A stretch of DNA of 54,328 nt from assembly GCA_965603595.1 (NCBI GenBank), contig CBFDDP010000005.1, positions 1-54,328 on the forward strand. Direction: 5' to 3'. Both the position numbers and the translations under genes were made by a program. This DNA is from an uncultured bacterium (GTDB lineage Bacteria > Spirochaetota > B62-G9 > DRHN01). Under the pieces are notes generated by a model. That model was not told the DNA's origin and ran no database searches. It was given only the letters and a program-made list of their open reading frames with translations. Positions 1 to 10,300 of this stretch are shown here, one piece after another; position 1 is the first letter of the stretch; every line of letters begins with the position of its first letter.

Positions 1-7
1 GCCGCAC

Positions 8-100
8 CCAAACATATAAAATAAACTCGCGCTGCACTTTATTAAAGTTTTTCACACCGCAGGAAATACCTGCGGTATGAAAGTTACAGAGGAATAGCAT
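8..100. repeat. Dispersed structured repeat, family A, copy 1
   Basis: AAATAAACTCGCGCTGCACT (19-38) is identical to 983-1002, and the next 20 nt match 16/20. A hairpin follows (ACCGCAGG-aaata-CCTGCGGT, 56-76), then AGAGGAATAGCAT (88-100), matching 1061-1073 at 12/13. Confidence 0.85.
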
Positions 101-174
101 AATACGCCCCAGTGAAACACCATTTCAAAAACGATGGGTCCGATGAGGAATGAAGGACATAAAAAAGTGCTTGC

Positions 175-203
175 TTTACCAGCTCCCATGTTTTATCTAT
201 AAT
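175..203 (+). promoter_or_regulatory. Putative sigma70 promoter
   Basis: TTTACC-17 nt-TATAAT upstream of the ATG at 260. Confidence 0.55.
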
Positions 204-259
204 GCTGGCTGTATCCCGATAGCTTATACAGAGCACCATGTGAATGTTAGAGGCTTGGA

Positions 260-964
260 ATGAACCGTGAAATCGTTGTTGGATTCGTGAAGGAACATGA
301 AGAGGCTTGCCTCCACCGCTCCTTCTCCCAGGCACTGAAAAGGAGGAGTGACTGCTCCTTCTGCCACCATGTGAACAGAGATTCACTTCTCCTCATCACC
401 CGTTTGCGTGAAACACGAAAAACGGTTGATGTGGGCCTCGCCCTTTCGCCGGCATCAAAATCCGAGCCCTACAGGCCCTATCAAACGGCAGGATTTTCAT
501 TCTTTTATCAGAAGAGTGGATCGGAGTCTGAAAACATCAGGGCAATCTTCGAAGAAGCCTTTGAGAAAGGCTATGAGAGCGTGACACTGATAGGGCACGG
601 AACGCCCAATATCCCCCCCGCATATATCGAAGAGGCACTTCTGGCACTCAGAAAGGGAAAAGAAATCATACTCGGCCCCACAACCAACGGCAGGTTTTAC
701 CTGATCGGCATGACGAGGTCGCAGTATACAACCCTCAGGGATGGCAACCTCTTCGATGAACTGGACTTCAATACCCGCAAGGGACGGGACACCGCGATCA
801 GGAAGTTCATGCAAACCTGTTCGAACTGCGCCGTGCTGCCCGAGTGGTACGCGATAAAGTCCCTTGATGACCTGCGGAGGCTTCGCGCCGACTCATCCAA
901 GGGGGAGGCCTGGAAAGCACGCTGGACAACATGTCACGTCAATGATATTACAGAGCGGCTTTAA
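260..964 (+). CDS. DUF2064 / TIGR04282-like (CofC-like fold) protein, degenerate
   Basis: Family-like blocks LIGHGTPNIP..IEEA...L, IILGPTTNGRFYLIGM and LPEWYAIKSLDDL; the usual Asp residues are replaced. Confidence 0.7.
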   Translation: MNREIVVGFVKEHEEACLHRSFSQALKRRSDCSFCHHVNRDSLLLITRLRETRKTVDVGLALSPASKSEPYRPYQTAGFSFFYQKSGSESENIRAIFEEAFEKGYESVTLIGHGTPNIPPAYIEEALLALRKGKEIILGPTTNGRFYLIGMTRSQYTTLRDGNLFDELDFNTRKGRDTAIRKFMQTCSNCAVLPEWYAIKSLDDLRRLRADSSKGEAWKARWTTCHVNDITERL

Positions 965-971
965 GTCGTAA

Positions 972-1073
972 CCAAGCGTAATAAATAAACTCGCGCTGCA
1001 CTGTATTTAAGTATTTCGCACCAAGGGTGTTCCCTTTGGTCACCTTCGGCGAAATGTAAAAGAGGAACAGCAT
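972..1073. repeat. Dispersed structured repeat, family A, copy 2
   Basis: Homologous to 8-100. Stem ATTTCGC (1013-1019)/GCGAAAT (1049-1055) encloses ACCAAGGG-tgtt-CCCTTTGGT. Confidence 0.85.
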
Positions 1074-1110
1074 TCTTCCCGAAGGGCTGTAATCCTGAAA
1101 GGAGTGTCCC

Positions 1111-2058
1111 ATGTACGACATTGTGATCATAGGCGGCGGAGCGGCGGGAATTACTGCCGCAATATACGCACTACGTGCAGGCATGAACACCATACTGCTC
1201 GAGAAGATGGGCGTAGGGGGGCAGATTATTCTCACCGAAGCAGTGGAGAACTACCCGGGTTTTCCCTTCATCAGCGGTCCCGACCTCATGGAGAGGTTCG
1301 AGAAACATGCCGAGAAGTTCGGGCTACAAATCTTCTATGAAGAATCAAAAAAAATCGAACCGGACGGACAGGCCCACAGGGTAATTACCGACGATAACAT
1401 TTATGAGACCAAGGCAGTCATCGTTGCAACAGGGTCGGTACCTCGAAAGCTCAATGTACCGGGCGAGGAAAAACTCATAGGAAGAGGTGTTTCCTTCTGT
1501 GCCGTATGTGACGGCCCCTTCTTCAAGGACAGGGAGGTTGCCGTCATCGGCGGGGGCGATGCAGCAGTGAAAGAGGCGATATACCTGACACAGATCGTGC
1601 AAAAGGTCAGCATCGTGCACCGCCGTGACCAGCTTCGGGCAGAAAAGATCCTGCAGGAGCAGGCCTTCGACAACCCCAAGATCGAGTTCATATGGAACCA
1701 CGTTGTTGACCACATCATCGGAGATGAGCAGTTCGAGGGTGTGGTCATAAAGGATGTACAGGAAACCGGTCAAAGCAGGGAGCTCAAAGTAGCGGGGGTG
1801 TTTGTGTATATCGGCCACATCCCCAACACCAAGTTCCTTGACGTTGAAAAAAATGAAACAGGGCTCATCGTTACTCATGACAGCGTCAAGTCATCAGTGC
1901 GGGGGATATTTGCCGCCGGTGACTGCAGGGACACCTGCCTGCGGCAGATCGCAACCTGCGTCGGCGACGGTGCCCTTGCGGCCTACTTTGCCGGTGAATA
2001 CGTGGAAAAACTGCGCTCAGGCAAGCCCATCAACTGGGGCGGCGCCTGCCCAGCATAG
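1111..2058 (+). CDS. trxB: Thioredoxin-disulfide reductase
   Basis: GGGAAG FAD motif, VENYPGF, CAVCDG active site, GGGDAA/HRR NADPH motif, FAAGD; RBS AAGGAG. Confidence 0.95.
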   Translation: MYDIVIIGGGAAGITAAIYALRAGMNTILLEKMGVGGQIILTEAVENYPGFPFISGPDLMERFEKHAEKFGLQIFYEESKKIEPDGQAHRVITDDNIYETKAVIVATGSVPRKLNVPGEEKLIGRGVSFCAVCDGPFFKDREVAVIGGGDAAVKEAIYLTQIVQKVSIVHRRDQLRAEKILQEQAFDNPKIEFIWNHVVDHIIGDEQFEGVVIKDVQETGQSRELKVAGVFVYIGHIPNTKFLDVEKNETGLIVTHDSVKSSVRGIFAAGDCRDTCLRQIATCVGDGALAAYFAGEYVEKLRSGKPINWGGACPA

Positions 2059-2230
2059 AATGCTGACCAAATCCCTCTTAGAGGTCATACCCCGAACAAC
2101 GCCCGCTCACCTTTGAGAACAACCAAACACCGGCATGAGGAGGGTATCACCAAGCCTGAGAAAGTTCAGATGGTTACCGAACGCGCTGGCCACCCCTTCG
2201 TCCTTGCGCTCGGCGGATCCTTCCTCTGAT

Positions 2231-2273
2231 CATTACCCAATTCATTACCCATTTCATTGGGTATTACCCAATT
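2231..2273. repeat. Short degenerate tandem repeat ATTACCCA x3 with an inverted TGGGTA unit
   Basis: cattacccaatt cattacccattt cattggg tattacccaatt. Confidence 0.6.
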
Positions 2274-2386
2274 GCCACTTGCTTGTTTTGCGCCATTGGG
2301 CATTTTGGCCACGTCCTAGGTATCCCCGCGTATCAGGCGGTGAAGCCTAAAAATTGTCTCTTCTGAAACCCGGAGTTCCGCACCCT

Positions 2387-4807
2387 TCACTCTAAGTCGA
2401 TTATATGTGGTTCTTCAAACAATACTGAATGGCTGGGATGACAGGTGAAGATGATGAGTTGTGCTCGCTGGGAAAAATCCGAGAGTAATTCAGCAGCGAG
2501 CTTTTGCCGGTTTGGATCAAGATCGACCAGGGGGTCATCCATGATTAAAAACCCCTGCTGGCCATCTAAAAAGTACTCGGCCATGGTCAGCCGGAGAGCG
2601 AGCGAGAAAACATCCTTTGTCCCGGTAGACAACAATGAATAGGGAAGCACGGATCCGTCACTTCGAATGAAGCCCTCGGGGAGTGGTTCCTCCATGGATG
2701 CCATGGCGTATTTACCGGCGGTCAGTCTTTCGGAATAGGAGTTAAACATGTTCTCATAACCAGTAAATGTTTCCTGGTCGAAGTGCTTGATGAGGGATTC
2801 CGATGTTTCCAGTACTTTTTGAAGCGTCATCCCTCTTTTCAGCGTTTTGTTAAACTGCTCTTGGGCTTCTTTTACACGAACAAACATCTCTTCTGCCGAT
2901 TCTTCCGGCATTACTGATTCTTTCCGCGCCTGTTCTATCTTTAAGTCATTTAATTGCTTTTCATTTTCCTTCTCTTGATCAACCATTCTTTCATATGTTC
3001 GTTTAAACTCCCCGTCATCCGAAAACCCATCAGGAAGCGACAACAGGCCGCGTATCTTTTTATTCACGTCATCTTCTTCTTTACTATTTTTCATCATCAC
3101 TGTAAATAACTCATCTCTCGTACCATATTGGTTTTCAAGTTCTTGAATCGCCTCTTGTGCTTCTTTTTTTCCGTTCGCACGTTGGGATAGTTCTTGTTTT
3201 TTCTCAGCAAGCAGTTGTACTAGATCTTCAAAAGGCCGAACTTCGGGCCCCTGGTAGATCTCTTCCGCTTTTTTCTTCAATTCTTCATAATTCTCTCCAT
3301 TTAATTCTTCTTCAAAGCTTCGTTTGGCCTGGTGGAGCTCCTGTACAGCAGCCTCGTATTGAGATGATATCTGTTCAGCTTGTATTACCGAGTGAACACC
3401 ATGTGACGTTAGCAGTCGTTCCAATCCCTCTTTCTTATCTGTATATTCTTTTTCAATCGCATCGTAATCACCAAGGCTTGATTTCACCTCCAGGTCGAAA
3501 TCTGTATAGCTGAGTTGCAGGTATCCTTCAGCGGTAAACTCCCTGTCGGCTCCCCGGGACATCTCTTCGTTTGACGGTTCGTTTAAACCCTGTTTCAGGG
3601 TAAACGATACGTCCTTTTTCGCATGGAGTTTCATGGTCATTCTCGCTGCAGCAAGCCCTACTTGCAGCGATTTCAATTCGTCTTCGATCTCTTTAATTTC
3701 AGAGACCTCATCCCGGGAGAGCTTCTTCAGCCCTTCCAAAGCTTTTTGTTTTTCATCGTATGCTTTCGTTCTCTTTTCCACCCTTTGAAATTGTTCTGCT
3801 ATGTGCCTGCTCTCCTGTATAGCTTGAGCTTTTCCCTTTTCATCCTCAAGTGCTTCAATTTCTTTCTGAAATTCCGGTATCTGCTTGCTTGCGTTTTCAG
3901 TTTGTTCAGCGAACTTCGGCCACCTATCATAATCCGATCTTTGTTTCTGTACCTTTGATTTTAAGGTTTCCAGTTGTAATTCCAGTTTTTCTCTTTCAAG
4001 CAGGTCTTCATAGACTGGCTTATTTTTTTCTACAAAGGCCTTTTCCTCTTCCATGCTTGATTTCAAGCTTCCTATTTTTGCATTCAACTCGGCAAGTTCT
4101 TCTTCGTCCCGCTGTATTTTTATATAATCGTCCCTGAGAGCCTCCATTTCATTGTAGGCTTTCAGGAGCATCCCGCCTGTTTTATATGGCCTATTATTCT
4201 TTCCGCGCTCCGGTCTTTTAAGTTCAACATCCCAATGTTCCAAATATTCCGAGCAACGGCTTCTCAACTCGTCGATGAAGGAGGTTACCGAAATCCCATC
4301 CATTTCCATAACGGCTTTTCGAAGTATATCCGAGAGGGAACGAATGGTTTCCTGCTGCTTCCTGAGTTCCGCCACCGTGTTTGAAAGACCTGACTGGTAC
4401 GTCATGAAAACAGATTTCAGAGTCCCTTCTTCAGACGGCAGCAGTTCATACAGTTTTTGTTTTATCGCATCTTCATCAGTAACTGTTGAGCCGTCATCAA
4501 GGCGCAGCATAACTTCACTCGTAGCGCCCCATCTTTTCTTAAGGATGTAATCGTGCTGATCTTTATGAAAATGCAGCTCGGCTGCTATGGTATCCCCACC
4601 TCCCACAGGGAGAAAAGGTTCCATGGTCTTTTCAAATGCTCTTTTGTTTAAAGTCACAGGAGTCAACAGCACATGCCGAATAGCATGAAACATCGTTGAT
4701 TTCCCTGTTTCGTTCGCTCCGACGACTACGTTCAATCCGGGCTGAAATATTGTCTCTCTGTTTGCAATTCCTCCGAAGGTATCCATGTACAATTTTGTTA
4801 TAATCAT
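2387..4807 (-). CDS. YhaN-like Rad50/SbcC-type ATPase (AAA_27) with long coiled coil
   Basis: Walker A GANETGKST, signature LSTGT, Walker B LIMDDP, FTCH; no CxxC zinc hook. Confidence 0.85.
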   Translation of the reverse strand: MIITKLYMDTFGGIANRETIFQPGLNVVVGANETGKSTMFHAIRHVLLTPVTLNKRAFEKTMEPFLPVGGGDTIAAELHFHKDQHDYILKKRWGATSEVMLRLDDGSTVTDEDAIKQKLYELLPSEEGTLKSVFMTYQSGLSNTVAELRKQQETIRSLSDILRKAVMEMDGISVTSFIDELRSRCSEYLEHWDVELKRPERGKNNRPYKTGGMLLKAYNEMEALRDDYIKIQRDEEELAELNAKIGSLKSSMEEEKAFVEKNKPVYEDLLEREKLELQLETLKSKVQKQRSDYDRWPKFAEQTENASKQIPEFQKEIEALEDEKGKAQAIQESRHIAEQFQRVEKRTKAYDEKQKALEGLKKLSRDEVSEIKEIEDELKSLQVGLAAARMTMKLHAKKDVSFTLKQGLNEPSNEEMSRGADREFTAEGYLQLSYTDFDLEVKSSLGDYDAIEKEYTDKKEGLERLLTSHGVHSVIQAEQISSQYEAAVQELHQAKRSFEEELNGENYEELKKKAEEIYQGPEVRPFEDLVQLLAEKKQELSQRANGKKEAQEAIQELENQYGTRDELFTVMMKNSKEEDDVNKKIRGLLSLPDGFSDDGEFKRTYERMVDQEKENEKQLNDLKIEQARKESVMPEESAEEMFVRVKEAQEQFNKTLKRGMTLQKVLETSESLIKHFDQETFTGYENMFNSYSERLTAGKYAMASMEEPLPEGFIRSDGSVLPYSLLSTGTKDVFSLALRLTMAEYFLDGQQGFLIMDDPLVDLDPNRQKLAAELLSDFSQRAQLIIFTCHPSHSVLFEEPHIIDLE

Positions 4808-5913
4808 TGCCTTACCTTTTGGATAAGCTGATACGCTTCCTGTACTGCTGCTGTATCCCCTTCATCGAGAAGCTTTTCCAGCAGCGCATAGGGAAAAGAA
4901 CCCTTGGTGAATTCCCTTTCCACCGTATCTCTGGTAAAGTTTTTTACTACATTGCTGTAATCAACGGATACGTACTGGACCTTATCCTGAAGTTTTTCCT
5001 CGATCTTGAATACTTCTTCATATGCCTCGTGCGGCAGGGTTCCGGATACATGGAGTTTTACTAACGCAGTTTTGTATCCAGGAGCGGAGTATTTTTCAAT
5101 TATTTTTTGGATACCGCCGGCAGAATCAACCTCTATTTGCTCATCTATGAAATAATTGCTCCCTGTCTTGATTGAACGGTAGGAAACCTGTTTATCGCTA
5201 TCGATTTCAATGATCCAGGCGGCGCCCTGGTGCCGGCAATCAAAACCGTCCGGTTCGGGTGTGCCAGGAATGAAAATGGTATCTGCAGGTGTCTGCTCAT
5301 TCGGAAACTGGACATGGGTGTGACCAATGATCCAAAAATCGACGCCGGCATTCTCGAGCTCCGAGAGCTTCATCGGAAAATACTGATCCGCGAAATCCGG
5401 AGAGTACGTCTCAATACTCCCGTGCGCAATGCCGATGTGGACTGAAACATCCTGTTTTTTCTGCGCCTTCTTGATCCAGGATATTGCATTTATCGAAGAA
5501 TGCTTTTGATTACATGGCCCAGCATACAGGTCACAATCAAGGTCATAATGGGCAAGGGAGTAGACCGCCGGTTTATCAAGGAGCCTGATCAAGTCCCGAC
5601 CTTCTTCCTTGAAGGTTTTCCATACGGAGGCTTCAGCCCCATTGATATAATCATGATTTCCAGGGAGCACCGCAACCATTTTTCCTTCGAACCTATTCAG
5701 AGACGAAACAGCACGAATCACGTCCTTTTTCGACAAGGTTACTCGTTCAAAAAGATCTCCTGCAATCAGGAATAGATCGCATTGATGTTCATTAGCTTTC
5801 TCGATGAGCCTATCCAGGGTTTTGTAACGAGCTTCACTTAACTCGATTTGCACCTCCGGATAGGCAGAGTATTTCATGCCCAAGTGAAGGTCAGCAGTAG
5901 CAAATATTTTCAT
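4804..5913 (-). CDS. YhaO-like Mre11/SbcD-type metallophosphoesterase nuclease
   Basis: ADLHLG, AGDLFE, PGNHD, AHGS, GHTH and PGTPEP motifs; ATGA overlap with the ATPase gene. Confidence 0.9.
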   Translation of the reverse strand: MKIFATADLHLGMKYSAYPEVQIELSEARYKTLDRLIEKANEHQCDLFLIAGDLFERVTLSKKDVIRAVSSLNRFEGKMVAVLPGNHDYINGAEASVWKTFKEEGRDLIRLLDKPAVYSLAHYDLDCDLYAGPCNQKHSSINAISWIKKAQKKQDVSVHIGIAHGSIETYSPDFADQYFPMKLSELENAGVDFWIIGHTHVQFPNEQTPADTIFIPGTPEPDGFDCRHQGAAWIIEIDSDKQVSYRSIKTGSNYFIDEQIEVDSAGGIQKIIEKYSAPGYKTALVKLHVSGTLPHEAYEEVFKIEEKLQDKVQYVSVDYSNVVKNFTRDTVEREFTKGSFPYALLEKLLDEGDTAAVQEAYQLIQKVRQ

Positions 5914-6211
5914 TTATGACTCCCTTTTCTCTATGCTTCTCTTCAGCGGATTACATTGAGGAGAATATCATCGTCATTATCCTTTACGAAGGAGTTAGAC
6001 TTGCCCCTTCTAAAATAAACACCTTGTGACTTCGGCTTCCAGCCGGCCTTGATCGCTGCCTCCTGCAATATGGCATTTTGTCAAGAATATAGAAAATGTG
6101 AGGTTTAGAGGGTATTTCTGAAAATGAGAATTGGCATTCCTCACCTTCTGGAAAGAGTGAAAAATTGTCATCTGTAAAAAAAACAATCAACTGGAATGGC
6201 CACTGCCCCTC

Positions 6212-7318
6212 TTAAAAGGGGAGTTCACTGTAGGGAAGATTGCAGCTCTTCGCGACTCCCGGGTGCACGCACTTTCCCCCATGGGTGTTCATACCCCTCC
6301 TTATCGCTTTACCGAGCATACCCACCGCCTCAATGCCACTTTGCACTATCTGCAGGCCGTACTGCAGTGTAACGCTCGTGAGCGCTATGGTAGATGAGCG
6401 TGCCACCGCACCCGGCATATTTGCCACACAGTAATGCACGATACCATCCACGATGTATATGGGGTCATCATGGGTAGTGGGGTGCGAGGTTTCGGTGCAT
6501 CCCCCCTGGTCGATGGCCACATCCACGATTACCGCCCCCTGTTTCATGATTCCCAGATGGGATTGCTTGATGAGCTTCGGCGCGGATTCTCCAGCCACGA
6601 GCACGGCGCCAATGACTATGTCCGATTCCCTGAGAACCGACTCGATGTTTGCATCGGTGGCATAGAGAGTGGTAATCGAGTTGCCGAATATGTCGTCAAG
6701 GTACACGAGCCGTTTCGCATTTATATCGAGCACCGTTACATCGGCACCGATGCCGACCGCGATCTTGCACGCGTTGATACCCACAACGCCTCCTCCAAGA
6801 ATGCTCACCTTCCCGCGCCGAACTCCTGGCACACCCCCGAGAAGTATACCCCTCCCCCCAAACTCCTTTTTCAGAAACTTGGCACCTTCCTGTACGGAAA
6901 GCCTGCCCGCAATCTCGCTCATGGGTGTGAGGCAGGGCAATGAACCGTCATCGAGCTCAATGGTCTCATAGGCAATCGACGTCACACCGCGATTCATCAA
7001 TACCTCTGCAAGCTCCCGGTTTGCGGCCAGGTGCAGGTAGGTAAAGAGAATCTGTCCCTCGCGCAGGAGAGAATACTCCTCCGGAACTGGTTCCTTTACC
7101 TTGACGATCATGTCGCAGGTTTCGAAGATTCGGGTCCGGTCATCTGTCAGGGAGGCGCCGTTCTCCTCATACTCATGGTCCTCATAGCCAGACCCCACAC
7201 CTGCTCCGGACTCCATGAGGACCTCATGTCCCTCCTGTCTGTACGCCGCCACACACTGCGGCGTCATACCAACACGATATTCATGCCGCTTGATCTCTTT
7301 GGGCACGCCGAGCCTCAT
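6212..7318 (-). CDS. ald: Alanine dehydrogenase
   Basis: GVPKEIK..EYRV, VKVKEP, FTYLHLA, PMSEIAGR, DVAIDQGG, HYCVANMPGAV. Confidence 0.96.
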   Translation of the reverse strand: MRLGVPKEIKRHEYRVGMTPQCVAAYRQEGHEVLMESGAGVGSGYEDHEYEENGASLTDDRTRIFETCDMIVKVKEPVPEEYSLLREGQILFTYLHLAANRELAEVLMNRGVTSIAYETIELDDGSLPCLTPMSEIAGRLSVQEGAKFLKKEFGGRGILLGGVPGVRRGKVSILGGGVVGINACKIAVGIGADVTVLDINAKRLVYLDDIFGNSITTLYATDANIESVLRESDIVIGAVLVAGESAPKLIKQSHLGIMKQGAVIVDVAIDQGGCTETSHPTTHDDPIYIVDGIVHYCVANMPGAVARSSTIALTSVTLQYGLQIVQSGIEAVGMLGKAIRRGMNTHGGKCVHPGVAKSCNLPYSELPF

Positions 7319-7372
7319 GAAGAATCTCCGCCTGTGTCTATGAGATGGGATAAGTCACAGCCTGTTCCCCCG

Positions 7373-10300
7373 CTATCTTTTGTTCAGCTCCAGGATGAGC
7401 TCAACTTCACCCCGCGACATCTTTGTTACCTTGCAGATCTCCGGTATGGTCCACTTCTGCTCGAAGAGGGTGAGTACGGTCTTGACCTTGCTTTCCGATT
7501 CCCTGGACAACAGAGTGGGCCTGTCCTTCGATGCCCGCCGATCGTCATCCGGTCCGCCGGCACTCTGCATCTCCCCTACGAGCCGCTCGGCATCCTTGGT
7601 AAGGTTGGTGAGCCGTGACTCAGTGCGCGCGAGCCACTCCCGTGTGCTCTGGAGCTGCTTGCTCCTCTCCTCGATGTCAGCAACGAGCGAATCCATCTCC
7701 TTGAACCTGGAAAGCACCTCCTCTATACGGCTCTCATAGTTCAGGAGACTTCCGGTCTTCTCATCGATGAGCGAGACCTTGCTCTTCAGGTCCTCCTCCC
7801 TGTCTCGGAGTCCCTTCAGATTATCGTTCAGCAGTTCTGTACGCTGCTCCAGGCTCGCGATAAACTCCTTGGTCTTGGTGACGGTATCGATGGATATCTC
7901 GATGTCCTTCTCCATGCTCATGAGTTTCTCGGCCCTGTCCTTGAGGTCCCCGAACCGACTGTCGATATCCCTCATCCCTGATTCAATACGCTCGAGAAGC
8001 TCCCTCTCCCCCTCGATGAGCTTGATTTTTTCATCAACCACCGTAATGAGACCGATTGCCTGCTCCGCATTCTTGGCGATGTCCTGCACGAGCTTCTTTT
8101 CGCTCTTGAGCTGCCTGACCTTTGCGGAGATGTCCCCCTCATCACGCTTCAGATTATCGATCACCTTGCGCATAGAGAGTATGTCTTTCTTGTCCTCCTT
8201 GAGCTGCATCATGATGTCTGAAAAACGTTCGATGTCCTCCTCCACCTTTTCCTTGAACCGAATCGCCCGTTTCAGGACCGTGGACTCCCTTTCGAATTCG
8301 TCTATCCTTCGCTCGATATCCCCCACCCGCTTCTCGACACGGTCCTGGACCTCCGCCACCTCGATTTCGAAACCACGCAGGGTTTTCTCAGCCTCACCGT
8401 GTGATGCCTCAAGGTCCGCCTTTGCACCGCCGGCAAGGGACGTCACGAGCTCCTGCAGCTCCCTGCCCTTCTCATAGATAAGCTCGCGGCTCCCCCCGAT
8501 TTCCTTCTCCACATCACTCCTGAAATATTCAAGGGCGTCCGAGACATCCCCCAACACCTTCTCCTTCATGCCGTCAACCTTCTCCCGTATCTCTTCGACC
8601 TCACTGTTTATACCGTCGATGCTGTTCTGAAGCCTGTCCTTCAATTGGTTACCTGTCTTGAGATAGCTGGTCTCGATCTCTCTGACGCTTCCATCCACGC
8701 TGCTCATCGCCTCGTCTATTTTTACCTCCACCATGTCACTGATACCGTCAACCCTGCCGTTCACCTCCTCGATCTTCTCCTGTATCCCGGCAAGTTCGAC
8801 CTTGAACCGCTCAAACGAACGGTCTCTCTCCTCCTTGAACAGGGTCTTCAGGCTCTCCAATTCCCGTACAAGTTCCTGCCGGGCCTCAATGCGCACACGG
8901 TTTACATTTTCCGTGAGGCGCTCTTCTTGACTACCGAGCTTCTCCTCTGAGACATGCAGCCGTTCATCCACTCTGCCCATATATTCGGTGATCTGCTGCT
9001 CACGCTCCTGCAGTGCCGAATCCGATTCATTGATGATCGACCCGATGCGCTCGACGATCTGCTCACGCTCCCTGGAGTAGATCTCCTCGGTTTCCTCTCT
9101 GAGACTCACAATCTTTGCCTCGATCTCGGGGCGGTAGGTTTTAAAAACCGAATCGATACGCTGCTCGATCATCTCCTGACCGGTATCGGCAATGTTCTTG
9201 AGATCACCGATTCTGCCTTCCAGTGTGTGTATATGTTCCCCATACTCCCTGAGGCGGCTCACAAAGCCTTCACGTACGGAAGATGCTGCCTCGCCCACGC
9301 TGCGTTCAATCTGCTCGGTGATGGTACTGAGCTGTACACGCACCTCCCTGACTGGAACCTGCAGGTTTTCGATGAGAGCCTGTTTCCGGTTCTCCACCTC
9401 ACCGCCGAAAGACTCGATCTGCCCTCGAATTTCATCCTGCTGTGACTGGAGCTTTGACTTCATGGCATTGTAGAGTGCAGCAAACTCCTTCTTGTAGGCA
9501 ACTAGCTTCTCGTTCATTTCAGTAACGATAGGCTTTATGAGGAGCAGGTTCTTGTTTGCCTCCTCGTTGATCTCGGCGACCACCCTGTCCTTCAGCATTT
9601 CGGCTTCACTCTGATGAGCCTTTGCATTCAGGCTCAGTACTTCACCGTACTTGTCCGTCTCATCCTTGATGCTCTGAAGCAGGCTCTGCACTCTTCCCTC
9701 GAGCCTCGTCACATAGGCAGACAGGTCCTTGGCCTGCGACTCGACCTTCTGATAGATATCGGCTTTCAGTGATTCACGGCTCTCCTCGAGAAGCCCGACA
9801 TACTTCCGGTACCCATCCTCCGCTCTCCCCAGGAAGCTGTTGACAGCCTCTCCGCCGACGGTTTCGATCTTCTTGTGCGCCTCGGTTACCAGGTCGCCAA
9901 GCTCGTTGATCCTGCGCTCAACGGTGAGCAGCCTGCCCTCCTCAACTCCCTTGACCCTTTCACGGCAGCTCTGCACCGCATCCATGAGACCGGTGATGCT
10001 CTCATTGGCCCGGGCCATGATGTCCTGGGTTTCACGCTTGAACTGCTCCAGCTCCCGCGTCCCCGTTCCAGAGAGCATCTCTAAATTCTGGCGGTACTCA
10101 TCGATGAGGTTTCCCATTCTGCCGCGCGCCTCTTCGGCGATTATACCCGAGAACTCCTCAAGCGCCTTGTCGGACCTTTCCTGTACACGCTTCTCAATGG
10201 TGGGGATGATGGCAGAGGCATTTCTCAGTGCCTTTTCGTTTTCAGCAATATCGATGGTGATCTTGTCCACCTGTTTCGAGAGCGACTTCAGAGAGGGCAG

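Noticed and set aside
995-1022. GGTGCG.. on the minus strand of repeat A, resembling a dif/XerC arm
   Set aside because: No XerD arm (TTATGTTAAA-like) at the 6-nt spacing.
948-1235. Minus-strand ORF sharing VQREFI with the reading of repeat copy 1
   Set aside because: It is antisense to trxB with no RBS; the peptide similarity follows from the DNA repeat.
2050-2058. Possible selenocysteine tail on TrxB
   Set aside because: The stop is TAG, not TGA, and no SECIS-like context is evident.
2318-2350. GTATCCCCGCGTATCAGGCGG, vaguely like a type I-E CRISPR repeat
   Set aside because: Single copy, no spacers and no cas genes.
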